A DNA stretch of 63,643 nucleotides from Malacoraja senta (taxonomy: Eukaryota). Under the pieces are notes generated by a model. The model saw nothing but the letters and a program-made list of their open reading frames with translations. It made no database searches and was not told where the DNA came from. The stretch is from contig JAXLNO010000455.1 of the NCBI GenBank assembly GCA_038087875.1, forward strand, positions 124,001 to 187,643. Direction: 5' to 3'. The position numbers and the translations under genes were made by a program. Of this stretch, positions 51,651 to 63,575 are shown piece after piece (the stretch's first letter is position 1; every line of letters begins with the position of its first letter).

Positions 51651-52325
51651 CCGATATTGCACCAACCCACTCAATTTTAAATAATTCATAATAGAGATCC
51701 ATTAACATACTTCTCACTTTATTTCTGACATGCATGGTAAGATTTACATAATTAACATTATTCTGTGCGCGAGATATACAGGGTTGCAGTGTTAAGCATA
51801 TCAGCTAACCAGTGAAAGTGATGTACAATTCAACGTATGTAACACAATGATAGCCCCACCCCTGCTTACACCAAAGACCAAAACGTCCAACGAAGATACA
51901 ATAATAAATAATCGCCATTTGCATTGTTTTGTGCAGTTAACAAATCACAATTTCACACAATGTACATAAGACGGCAGTTATTTGACAAATACTCCGCAGT
52001 TCGGTGTAGATCATGTCCACTGTCGACATCTGAAATTAAAGAAAATATCATGCAGTCAATATGTTCTTATTCTGCATTAAATAACAGAGAGGTATAAAGA
52101 AAATGCTCTTTAGGAGAAGATTTTTAAAAGGATGTTGCCATGAGGACTCGACTATCTGAGATCAATGATCTAACTACAGTGAGAGATTGAACAGGCTAAA
52201 TAAAAATTTCAATATGCCACAGAAGTAATAAATGTTTTCTTACCTTTCCTCCTTAATGGGGAACCTGAAGAAAGACAAGCCGGGTTGCGTACATTGCCGA
52301 TTGTTTTTCTCAGGAGTGGTCCATC

Positions 52326-52558
52326 TTGAGCACATGGTATTGGGGGTAGGGTGTTGACATGGATAGAAAATTGGTTGGCAGACCGGAAGCAAAGAGTAGG
52401 AGTGAACGGGTCCTTTTCAGAATGGCAGGCAGCGGCGAGTGGAGTGCCGCAAAGCTCGGTGTTGGGGCCGCAACTGTTTACCATATATATTAATGATTTG
52501 GAAGAGGGAATTAGGAGCAACACTAGCAAGTTTGCGGATGACACAAAGCTGGGTGGCA
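52326..52558 (+). mobile_element. CR1 RT fragment
   Basis: WIENWLADRKQRVGVNG..GVPQ..FADDTKLGG. Confidence 0.9.
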
Positions 52559-52689
52559 TTTTCTGAAGAGTCTTTAAAAGTCAAGACAATTTGGCAAACA
52601 CTTTGCAAGGAGCCAACACATTTTCTGAAGAGTCTTTAAAAGTCAAGACAATTTGGCAAACACATTGCAAGGAGCCAACACATTTTCAA

Positions 52690-53670
52690 CTCCTACCTCG
52701 ACAAAAACCTGGACCCACTGCAGTTCGCTTACCGCCACAACAGATCAACGGTGGATGCGATCTCGCTGGCCCTCCACTCTTCTCTGGGAAACTTGGACAA
52801 CAAAAACTCATATGTCAGGCTGTTAATCATTGATTATAGCTCGGCATTTAATACAATCATCCCCTCCAAGCTGGTTACCAAACTCGCAGAACTGAGTCTC
52901 TGCGCATCCCTCTGCAATTGGATCCTCGACTTCCTCATTCTCAGACCAGTCTGTCCGTATTGGTGGAAATGTGTCAAGACTCGATAACACTCTGCACGGG
53001 TGCACCTCAAGACTGCGTGCTCAGCCCCCTGCTGTACTCAATCTATACTCATGACTGCATAGCTGGACATAGTGCGAACTCCATCATCAAGTTTGCTGAC
53101 AACACCACTGTTGTGGGACGTATCACTGATGGGGATGAGTCAGAGTATAGAAGAGAAGTCGAGCAACTGTCCATATGGTGCCAGCACAATAACCTGGCAC
53201 TCAACACCAGCAAAAAGATTACAAAAAGTAGTGAACACTGCCCAGTCCATCATCGCCTCTGACCTCCCTTCCATCGAGGGGATCTATCGCAGTTGCTGCC
53301 TCAAAAAGGCTGGCACTATCATCAAGGACCCACACCATCCTGGCCACACACTCATCTCATTGCTGCCTTCAGGTAGAAGGTACAGGAGCCTGAAGACTGC
53401 AAAGACCAGGTTCAGGATTAGCTACTTCCCCACAGCCATCAGGCTATTAAACTTGGCTCGGACAAAACTCTGAACATTAATAGCCCATTATCTGTTATTT
53501 GCACTTTATCAGTTTATTTATTCATGTGTGTATAAATTTATATAATTGTATATGGACACACTGATCTGTTTTGTAGTCAATGCCTACTATGTTCTGTTGT
53601 GCTGAAGCAAAGCAAGAATTTCATTGTACAATCAGGAACACATGACAATAAACTCAATTGAACGAACGAA
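52690..53670 (+). mobile_element. Rex1/Babar-type LINE, internally deleted RT and 3' end
   Basis: [57 protein letters not shown]; short-repeat tail. Confidence 0.85.
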
Positions 53671-56600
53671 CAATAGGATTACTTCAAATAAATAATGTTT
53701 GAAAATTATGCACTTTACTTATGTTCCACTTTTTAAAGTTTTTTACATCTCCTTTTAACAGTCATGTTATGCATTTTTCTATTCTTGAATTTGAGTCCAT
53801 AGTGCATGTGTATACTCACAAAGATTGCTACAATTCTAATCTTGACTCTATTGCAGCACAAGTTCATGTCTTTGTATTGCTGTGTGTTATGTATTGCTGT
53901 GTTTATTAGATGGGAAATGTTATCCCTGGTCATCTTAACATCATCAAATTCTGTGCGGAACACTTTCTCGCACACTTCACAGAACCCAAGAAAGTATTCC
54001 GAAGGCACCATCAATGAGCCAAAGTCAGACGTTGATGTGTCGTATGCTTTGTGATGGATGAATATGAGTGCAGGATCTACTAAAGTGGCATCCGTTCGTA
54101 ATAGAACTTCTCTGCATGTGTGGCATTTTGAGGACAGTTCATGTGAAGAGATGATTTTGTGACAGATGTGTCCTGCGATGTAAGCTAGTGTATTCTCTTC
54201 AGGGAGATCTAGTGAAATGCTGCAGACTGCATTGTGCTGTTTTGTTTTATTGGTATGGGAGATAGATGGAGATGGTTTCTTGACTCTGTTTTTTGTTAGT
54301 GTTTGCAATGTTAAGATAAATCTGTCTGAGTCGGGGGAACAGTTTGTACTCACAGATGGCTTTATCAGTTCAGCCACCATAACCATCCGGAAAGCACATC
54401 GAAACTCCTTCGCTGATGGATTTTCTCTGAATCCGCCCTTTCGCCGAATAGTGGAGAACAAATTCTCTACAACATCCTGATTGATCCGAGATGTGAACAT
54501 AAAACGGGCGTCTGTGCTTTCCTTTATGTGCTGCCACAGCTGTGAAATGCAAGAAATTGCAAGCCGCCATCCCTTGACAAACAACACATTTTCAGCTCCA
54601 AGCACTGTCAAGCTTCGGAGTACAGTCAAGCATGATTCAAAGAGTGACTTATGCGCAGACTTTTCAGAAATAGGCCTCCTTAACATTTTGGGGTCCTTGA
54701 AAAACCTGCTGTTAAATGAGTCAAACAGTCCATCAACCATTTCAATGAACTCTGCCGTATAAACAGCCTCCCCAGGTAACTTTCCAAGAGCTGCATAGAT
54801 GTAGACGCCTGCTGCTACCGAATGGCTAAGCACCTGCGCAGCCTTGTTGACTCTCATTTTAGAGAAGCTGTTTAAAACAAAATGGCCTCTGGTTAATTTA
54901 TGGGCTTTTCTAATGGGCAACTGTGAATCATGCTCATAAAATGTGTAAATATTACCCCATTTGATATGTTTTTTATGCCATCCTCTCCCTTGACCTCAAA
55001 AACATATTTCTCCAAATTTGAGCGAGCGTTTTTCAACAAGTGGGGTGGGTCATGCATCCAATAGATATTGGTTCCCCCGTGGACGAAGAAAGGATGGTCT
55101 TCTGTCACACCCAAGTTGGAGTACAGGCGAATATTGCTTGGGCCTTGGTCACAAACAACGGCCTTAGGCTGTAGTCCAATAGCCTTAACCTTCTGTAAAC
55201 ATTCATTGAGTAATGTTTGTAGTTTGTCAGCCGTTGTGCAGTCCCGTGAAAGAAAGTAACCTACAGGTTGCTTCCATTTCCCCATCAAGCCTCTAACCAT
55301 GAAAACTAGAGCATGGTTGGCAGGCCTTGATGTCTTCCCTAGGGATCCAAAGTCCTCAAAACCCTCCACTGAATCTTCAGTAATATTGTAAGAGAGGCTT
55401 GCACGTAAACTCATTTCGTCAAAGGAGACTACACATAATGTATCCCTCTCTGACATCCCCGCAACCCTGTCTTTCAAAAGTTCAAAGATCTTAGGGGGAA
55501 ACCCAGGCCTCACTTCAATATTGCTCAACCACCTACGTAGTGATGAGATTGATGGAAGTGTGAAAATGCACTGGCAGAACTGATATGCTCGGGGACTCTG
55601 GTGGTAGAGGGACAAGGCAACCACCTTGTCTGAATAACTCCATCGTCTTCCTCTTGCACTTCTACATCCAGCCGCATTACGCAACTGCGACGCAAAGAAA
55701 GACAGTGCTGGTTCTTGTAAAAATTCACCAGCCCCTCAGATCGTCACTAATTGTCTTAATTTCTGTAGTATTCTTTTTCATTGATAATTTAATCTGTTGT
55801 ACTCTTTTTTTGAGGTGGAAAGTACGCTGTCTTTCCTTCTTCAGAGCTCTGCTGTCATTCACATTTGGTGTGGATTGAAGATCAGGTTTTTCAGGAGTTG
55901 TAGAGACATTGCTGGGTTCTTTACGATGAATTTTGTCTGCAGCTGAGCAGTAAGAATGTTCGGCCAGTATGTTGTGTGACACTGCCAAGACAAAAAAAAT
56001 GAGAAAGGGAAAAAGAAATGTCAAGCATACTAATGAAAAAGATGAAGCATATACATGTAAATAAATCAGCATCTACTAATAATTATAATTAAAAATAGAT
56101 GTGATGCACCAATTTCAATCTACCAGAAGAAAAGTTAAATCAATTTAAATGTTGTATGAATTATGCTTGAGGAAGCTTTAAATGGATGTTCTTACTTTAA
56201 TTAAATACTAGTACGCATTCCATCAGCCCACACTGTGTAGTCTTACGTGTGATTATAGTTTTGTGAACATTTTGTCAGGCGCAAGTTGTGAAAGAACACT
56301 CACAATGCGTAGAGAATGTAGAGAAACAAGTTTATTTATTAGCAAGTCTGCAGAGTTGGGTGTCTCCCCTGTCAAGACACACCGAGGATCGGGATGACTT
56401 CCATCTTTATACATTTAATGGGTATCATTGTCACACCCTCATCCCTCCCCATTGTGCTTCTTCCAATCATAACATAAAGCCCACATTCCCACGAGAACGT
56501 CCTGGAACGTCCACCCGACGTCAAAGACACCTCCCATATCATGCATCGCATGTGCATTTAAATGAGACATCTTGTCATAGTGGGTGTGTGTACATATTCA

Positions 56601-56853
56601 TGTAAGTTCATTGCCCATGCCCACTGAGTGTTTCTTCTGACCTTTACCCTAGTTCTATGCTGGGCTGTTGCTATCTTCTCTGTTCTCATCCTTGAAAAGT
56701 CACCATTTGTACTTGTCCTTTACTCCCCTTATTCTCCGTTCTATACTCCCTACTATACTCCCTACTAGACAATGGGTTCTTGTCTAAATCAACTATACCT
56801 ATTAACCCATTCCTCACAATCCACACTTTTTCTTTTGCTACGCAACCTTTGAT

Positions 56854-57297
56854 TTAGACTATCTGCCCGTTCTCTAATGCTAGCAGCAGAATCTTCGCCT
56901 CCTTATCTTCCTCTCGCTGGTCATACTGTGTTTTAAATTCGATAGACAGGGAGGTGAGACCTGCTAGGGCTCTCGACACTGACCCATCAGGAGCAGTGTT
57001 GTTGGGGATGAAGGTGCAACATTGTTCCCCAAACATTACACACACCCCTCCCTTCTCAGCCAGTAGCATGTCTAAGGCCATGCGATTTTGCCACGCCATT
57101 AGGCTGGTATCTGTCAGTTGTTCCGCTAATCCTTCAACTGCATCTCGAGTGTAATTTATAAAGCGTTGTTGATTGTAGTATAGGTAGTTGATCCAGTCCA
57201 CATTTGTATTAAGTGTGGACCACCAGAAGAGTATGGACTCAAAGCCCGCAGCTATCTGGTTTCTGGCTTTGAATTCATCGGGTACCCCTCTTGGCAC
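56854..57297 (-). CDS. env: ERV env TM ectodomain (immunosuppressive domain + CX6CC), membrane anchor missing
   Basis: QNRMALDMLLAEKGGVCVMFGEQCC; SU remnant with CYAC (CXXC) at 57309..57662. Confidence 0.9.
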   Translation of the reverse strand: MPRGVPDEFKARNQIAAGFESILFWWSTLNTNVDWINYLYYNQQRFINYTRDAVEGLAEQLTDTSLMAWQNRMALDMLLAEKGGVCVMFGEQCCTFIPNNTAPDGSVSRALAGLTSLSIEFKTQYDQREEDKEAKILLLALENGQIV

Positions 57298-57782
57298 CCC
57301 TATCGCATCTATATATATGTGTGTGTTGAAGTGTCTGTCCTTCGGCCCTTTGTATTGTTGTTGCTAGCCGGGAATAGGTAATGATAACTCTGGCAGGTCG
57401 CATCCTTTGGTAGGATGGGATTCGTGAATAGCTGTAGTATACATGACATAGCCCCAGGTGTCCTATCCCAATTCAAGGGAAATGGTTCTGGAACCAGCTG
57501 AGGCTTAGCTCCGGCACAGGCGTAGCAATTGGTGTGTTGCATACTCCTGGCCGTGTACATCATCCAGGCAAGCCAGGTGTTGGCTCCCTTCCCTCCTGTA
57601 GGTATTCCTTCCTCATATAATTGCCTTAATTCGGTTTCTCCTGCTACTATCATTATCTTCAAATCCTTAGGCTCATTCTCCCTGTTCTATCTGCACATCC
57701 TTCCACTTTCCTGCATTTGAACACTCTGTATGCTTACATAGTTGGGTAACCACCCAACACACGACCCATCAACACGAAATCT

Positions 57783-58031
57783 TCATTTTTCCCGCGGGTT
57801 CTTGTTAAATATTAAAGTCAATGGTTCCTCTCCTTTGTGCACAGTCCACGGGCTGATATTGTTTGGTGGGGCCTCCACAGGACCCTTAAATCGGCTTGCG
57901 TGTGTCCACCCTTTTTCTTTTGTTCGTACTGCTGTCTCCGTGGTCAGTAACACCAGGTAGGGTCCAGTCCACTTAGGTTGCAGCTTTTCTTCCTTCCATG
58001 ATGTTACAAGATCCCAGTCGCCCGCTTTCAC
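57783..58031 (-). CDS. ERV integrase C-terminal remnant
   Basis: LQPKWTGPYLVLLTTETAVRTKEKGWTHASR (GPY/F motif). Confidence 0.85.
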   Translation of the reverse strand: MKAGDWDLVTSWKEEKLQPKWTGPYLVLLTTETAVRTKEKGWTHASRFKGPVEAPPNNISPWTVHKGEEPLTLIFNKNPREK

Positions 58032-58189
58032 AGAATGGATTGGAAGTCGAGATGGGGACTCTGTGCCAGCAGCCCCTTGGTTCTTAATTCTGTAATAGAA
58101 CGAGATACTGCCAGTAAATAGTTCCTTAGGAATACATCATTCCCTTGTATTTGTTGGGACCCCTTCTATCGTTCCTAAATAATAAAGAC

Positions 58190-59120
58190 CTAACTTGTTC
58201 AACCTTTCTCTGTGTCTTAGTTGCTGAAACCCAGTCAACATTCTAATTGATCTCCTCTGTACTCTCTCTCTATTTTGTTGACATCCTTCCTATAATTATA
58301 CCTACCAAAATTATACACCATACTCCACAATTGACCTCACCAATACCTTGTACAATTTAACATTACAACCCAACTTCTATACACAATGCTCTGATTTATA
58401 AAGGCCAACACACCAAAAGCTTTCTTTACCATCCTATCTTCATGAAATTCCACCTTCAGGGAACCATGCACAGTTATTCCTAGATCCGCCTGTTCAACTT
58501 CATTCCTCAATTCACAATCATTTACCATGTACATTCAATTTTGATTTGTCCTGCCAAGATGTATCATCTCATACTTATCAACATTAAACCCATCTGTCAT
58601 GTTTCAACCCATTCTTCCAAATGACCTAAATCTCTCTGTACACTTTTTAAAATCGACTTCATTATTCACAACACCACCTATCTTAGTATCATCTACATAC
58701 TTATTAATCTATTTTACCACACCAACATCCAGATTATTGATTCACATGACAAACAACAGTGGACCCAACACACATCCCCGAGGTACCCCTCTAGTCACTG
58801 ACCTCCAACCTGACAAACATCCATCCACCATTGCTCTCTGACATCTCCCATACAGCCACTTTTTAATCCATCTTGCTATTCCTTACTAACCCTTCTTAAC
58901 CAACCTTATTTCCTTATTGAACCTTGTCAAAGGCCTTACTGAAGTTCATCTAGACAACATCCATCACTTTACCCTCATCAATTTCCCTAATAACCTTTTC
59001 AAAAAATTCAAGATTAGTCAAACATCACAATCACAAATCCATGCTAATTCTTCCTGATCCTACCCTATTCTTATATATTGTCTTAAGTATGCTTTCCATT
59101 ATTTTGCCCACCACTGATGT
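58190..59120 (-). mobile_element. Heavily diverged CR1 RT fragment inside the ERV
   Basis: Degenerate GVPRGCVLGPLLF / KYVDDTKIGG / DLGITVH..KKAFGVLAFINQSI. Confidence 0.8.
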
Positions 59121-59229
59121 CAAACAACGCTCTTCTTCAAACTCTACTCTTTTCTCACATCTCTTGTCCTCCTGTTCACTTACCTCAGGGCTATTATCTA
59201 TTCATACCTGCGGGACAGCCCTCAGGTAT

Positions 59230-59710
59230 TATTGAAATGGTACCAGGTATATCAACCTTCTACCTGAACATCGGTCGGTAGTTTAGAAAACTCATACATA
59301 CACCTTGTCTTCAGGTTTAAAGGGTCCTTCCTCCTGGTCCACCTCCAACAGCTTTTACTTTTCCTGTTCATAAATAGACTTGTATATCATAATTAACTGT
59401 TTCTTGTAGGGACCTCCCCATTGTGCCACCTGCTCGGTTAGTTTGCATGCAACATCTCTTCAGTGCCAATGGCCGGGCATCGATCCAATTCAACTTTGTA
59501 ATTAAACAAATCTTATTTATATTAACCTTCAATGTTCCATTTATTCTTTCCACCATGCCTGTGACTGCAGGTGTTACATACCCAAATGTGTATTTTACTC
59601 TAAGGGTCTCTATCGCCAACTTAGCTACTCCCTAAATGAAAACAATCCGTTGTCAAAGCTGATTTCTGTAGGTCTACCAAACCTCTTAATTACCTTATTC
59701 ATCATAAACG
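59230..59710 (-). pseudogene. Second ERV integrase remnant (core + C-terminus, epsilon-like)
   Basis: GMVERINGTLK..KLNWIDARPLAL followed by EEEGPFKPEDKVY. Confidence 0.75.
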
Positions 59711-62700
59711 ACACTACAGGGCTTATACCTAATCTAGTCTGAACTATATCCTGCCTTTTCCCGAGGTTATCATACTCTGTCCTACATTCTGAAGTATTTT
59801 TTTTATTTTTAATCTCTCTCTCTCTCTCTTACATCGCTTGTTACTTATGGAACAATATCAACAAATCCTCCTATAAATCCCTTTCTCTCTTGGGGACCCC
59901 AGTCCTGTTAGGGCTTATATCCAGATTAATTTCACTCCTGATAGGACTTTTTGAGGAAACGTACCCCAAAGACATTCATTATTGGCATGTAATTCTCTGG
60001 CCCTGCTTGGTTCCGTCATAGGACTCACTTAGGTCCATTGTTTATTGACAACAACTCCTCCTGCTGGTTTGCAAGTCTTTTTCCTATCTCTGCGATATTT
60101 CTCGACCGCAGAGACCAACTGTTCGCTGAATCTGCTTGACTTTAAGAAGAATGACATCCACCACAGTAGTTCATAATATAATGTTCATCAATCAACTCTC
60201 CACCTTTTCAGAGCTGGTTTTCCAGATAGGCTATTTGCCTTTCCTTCTGTATCTCCCCTTGTTCCTTGGGGTTCCTCTTAAGTGGGTAACATTGTCTGAG
60301 GGTCTGCCATACCCTCTGCCTGACTGTGTCAAACAGTATGCCATTGCTTGTTACATTGTTCGTATCAGTTTATACCATCCATCTTCAGTAGTTCTGTCAC
60401 TTTAGTGGTTCCTATCACTTTTACCAACAGTGCCTTCAAATCTTCCATGATCAATAATCGTCCCACGTTCTCCTCCTCCAAAGCCCTAATCCATTTCCTC
60501 CCCCATCAGGGATATAGGGTGAGGTATTTTTTTAGCCCTTTCAGTTTATGGGTGCCCCAAGGGATAATCCGTGTCTGTCCTTCTCTTTTCCTCTTTAAAG
60601 CAGTCTCATCACTTTATCCCAATGCTTCCAACTTTAATCCTTTCTGGTATGCCTTCTTTCTAATTCTAAACTCAATTTCTTGCTTCTCAAATATTCTAGC
60701 CTCCTTGCAAAAATCTTCCACTGACTCCTCCTGCTTTATTACTTTCACGCCTGTCGTTTTTCTACTTCTGTTATCTTCTAACTGCCTCTCTCTCCTTTCT
60801 TTCTAAACTTGAATGTTTACCAATTAACTTATTTCCAATTATTTCAATCCATATTCACCACTATTTTAAATGTCCAATTCCTAGCACTAGTAACAATTTT
60901 CCAAATTATCTTTACTGACTAGAAATCTAAAAGTATCAGAAAAACCAAAAGCTGGTTTCACAACTTCCCCTTCTTACGAGGATACAAACATTAATCATTA
61001 TCTTACAGCTGTTCGGCGCCTTTCACCATGACCTGATTTATTTAAAGGAACATACACCTACCTACAGTGAACATTTTTGATTTTAATAAAACTTACTTAC
61101 TTACTCTTACAATGTGGTCTACAAATACAATAAACAAAATAATTATCACATATATAAACTTCCTCTTTCATTCCAAACCGGTTTTTACACACAAATCACA
61201 TTCGTTCCATTCTTACTTCAATAAATGCAACATCTTTTACATGTATTAAAACTCAATATAACAGAATCAAATCATTTTTGTCTTCCAATTCCCTGGGTAT
61301 TTCTCTGCCCCCAGAGGCTCAATCATTTGTGTCCTCCAATCCCTCGGTATTTCTCTGCCCCCAGAGGCTCAGCATTCGCCCCAACGGACTATCAGGCAGA
61401 ATGCTGGGGTCGGGCTTACCGCCCTTCCCCTCCCTTGTGGGCTTTCCGTTTTCATTGCCCATCCTCCCGATCGGAATTTCCCCCCCGATCTGTTTACCCC
61501 CGATCTGTTTACCCCTGATCTATTTTCCCGCCTTTTCTGCCTTGCCCATACAGACCCCTGAATTCTTCAGGGCGGTATCCACAAGGTCTTATCAATCGCC
61601 CGAGTAGTACTTAATAGTCAGTTTTCTTACCCGGGTCCTGTGCACAAGAATCACTCGATTTGGCTCCTTCGCGAATTTCCCCCCGATCTTCCTCCGGATC
61701 GGAACTCCCACTTGTTTCTCTAATCTCTGGTCCTGGATATCACTCGCTCAAACCGCTGACGACAATCTAGGGGTCTGGGACCGTTGAAATCAACGGGGTG
61801 CACCATCCCTTCTTCCGTATACTGTCGCCAGCTGGCCGGAGTGGGGATCCCGAGGACGAGCCCCCAAGCTGTCAGGCGCAAGTTGTGAAAGAACACTCAC
61901 AATGCGTAGAGAATGTAGAGAAACAAATTTATTTATTAGCAAGTCTGCAGAGTTGGGTGTCTCCCCTATCAAGACACACCGAGGATCGGGATGACTTCCA
62001 TCTTTATACATTTAATGGGTATCATTGTCACACCCTCATCCCTCCCCATTGTGCTTCTTCCAATCATAACATAAAGCCCACATTCCCACGAGAACGTCCT
62101 GGAACGTCCACCCGACGTCAAAGACACCTCCCATATCATGCATCGCATGTGCATTTAAATGAGACATCTTGTCATAGTGGGTGTGTGTACATATTCATGT
62201 AAGTTCATTGCCCATGCGCACTGAGTGTTTCTTCTGACCTTTACCCTAGTTCTATGCAGGGCTGTTGCTATCTTCTCTGTTCTCATCCTTGAAAAGTCAC
62301 CATTTGTACTTGTCCTTTACTCCCCTTATTCTCCGTTCTATACTCCCTACTATACTCCCTACTAGACAATGGGTTCTTGTCTAAATCAACTATACCTATT
62401 AACCCATTCCTCACAATTTCACAAATGAAAATAAAAGTACCATACATGCCATTACATATTGACCATTGGCAATTATATCAGTTTGGATATAACTTTTTAA
62501 TATTTAGCCAAAATGAGAGAATATATTTTATTTTAAAAAGGAGAAAATTACTTTCCTCTTTGCTGTTTTAAAGGCGTTGGTGAGGATGGGAGGTTCTCAT
62601 TCTTCCTCTTGAGTAACCTGCGTTGGGAAGACAGACGTTTTGGCGGGTTAGGAATGTCAAAGAGCGTTGGAACTGCATTCCAATTTAGCCTGTTCTTGGT

Positions 62701-63539
62701 CTGCTTGTTGGAAAACTGGTCAAGTTCAAAGTGTAAAGAACAAAGACAACAGTTGGCTGACAAGTACTCCGGAGTTCAGTTCAGGAGATCTTGTCGACGA
62801 GTATTCTGGACCCACTGTTGACATCTGAAATTACAGAACATATCATTTAGGATTAACTACATGCCTGCAGAATGGATGATGTATCACTTAAGTGCAATTG
62901 TTTTCAGTTGTGTGGAGAGACCTGTATATTGAAGATGCATTTTGCCTCTAATATGTCAATTTACCTTAAATGTAGAAGAGAATATTAAAAACTTCTTACA
63001 AAGACCATTAAGTATTTTCTTTCTATCCTCTTTTGGACCTAAGGCATAGCAGGGCTGCCAACTCTCACACAGAGGGAAGGGAGGGAGAGAGGGAAGGGAG
63101 GGAGGGAAAGAACGGAGAGGGAGAGAGGGAGGGAGATCGAGAGAAGAGAGGGGAGAGAGAGATCGAGAGAAGGGGGAGAGAGAGAGATCGATTCTGACTC
63201 CGCGGTGTTTTCGATCCAGCGCCGCCCGCCCGCGGCGGGACGCCCTCACACCGCAGACCGCAGACCCTCGATGTTGGTGGTCGCCGGTCACAGCACTCCG
63301 GAGCGGCGACCCGGCAAGGCATCGCCCGCTCCGTGTTGGTGTCCCAGCGCTGAGAGAGAGAAGGAGAAAAAGAGAGAAGGGGAAAGAGAGAGAAGGGGAG
63401 AGGGAGAAGGGGTGAGGGAGAAGAGGCAGAGGGAGAAGGGGAGAGGGAGAAGGGGAAGAGGGAGAAGGGGGAGTGGGAGAAGGGGGAGAGGGAGAGTGGA
63501 ACGATGGCACGTTATAAGGCGCAGCCGTCCCATTCCGGC

Positions 63540-63575
63540 CAAAGATTATAGAGCAGAGCTCCTCTAGTATCTTTG
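63540..63575. mobile_element. 36-bp P-type terminal palindrome with a perfect 8-bp TSD; putative excision footprint
   Basis: ATTCCGGC[CAAAGATTATAGAGCAGAGCTCCTCTAGTATCTTTG]ATTCCGGC. Confidence 0.85.

Larger units (their letters stand above)
49164..52313 (-). mobile_element. Internally deleted P-like element end with a second, decayed THAP remnant
   Basis: Terminus CAAAGATACTAGAGGAGC at 49164; THAP exon 1 remnant (QPGLSFFRFPIKEER|gtaag) at 52313-52243; exon 2 remnant (CRQW..DLHRTAEYLSNNCRL) at 52029-51965. Confidence 0.7.
56273..62415 (-). mobile_element. Class I (gamma/epsilon-like) endogenous retrovirus, non-autonomous, 546-bp LTRs at 61870-62415 (5') and 56273-56818 (3')
   Basis: TG..CA LTRs with about 4 mismatches; 4-bp TSD ATTT; tRNA-Pro-type PBS TGGGGGCTCGTCC(TC)GGGAT at 61866-61847; PPT AAAAGAAAAAGTGTGGAT; integrase and env remnants. 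Confidence 0.96.
53733..62824 (-). mobile_element. P-element/THAP9-family transposase gene, disabled, with an ERV in its intron
   Basis: THAP exon 62824-62555 (CQQW..CSLHF..AVPTLF; in-frame TGA; donor apparently GT>GA). Main exon 55981-53733 has EHSY, FDEMSL, WKQPVGY, VCDQG, DPPHLLKN, KMRVNKAAQVLS, NQDVVENLF, with frameshifts near 55725 and 54950. Confidence 0.95.

Noticed and set aside
56288..56605. His-rich ORFs repeated at 61798..62202
   Set aside because: Antisense frames within the two LTRs; no coding signature
49164..63575. Perfect 18-bp inverted match (CAAAGATACTAGAGGAGC) suggesting one 14.4-kb P element
   Set aside because: The right-hand copy belongs to a 36-bp unit with its own TSD (ATTCCGGC), the left flank GTTGTCCC does not match it, and THAP exon 1 of the transposase is not found inside the span
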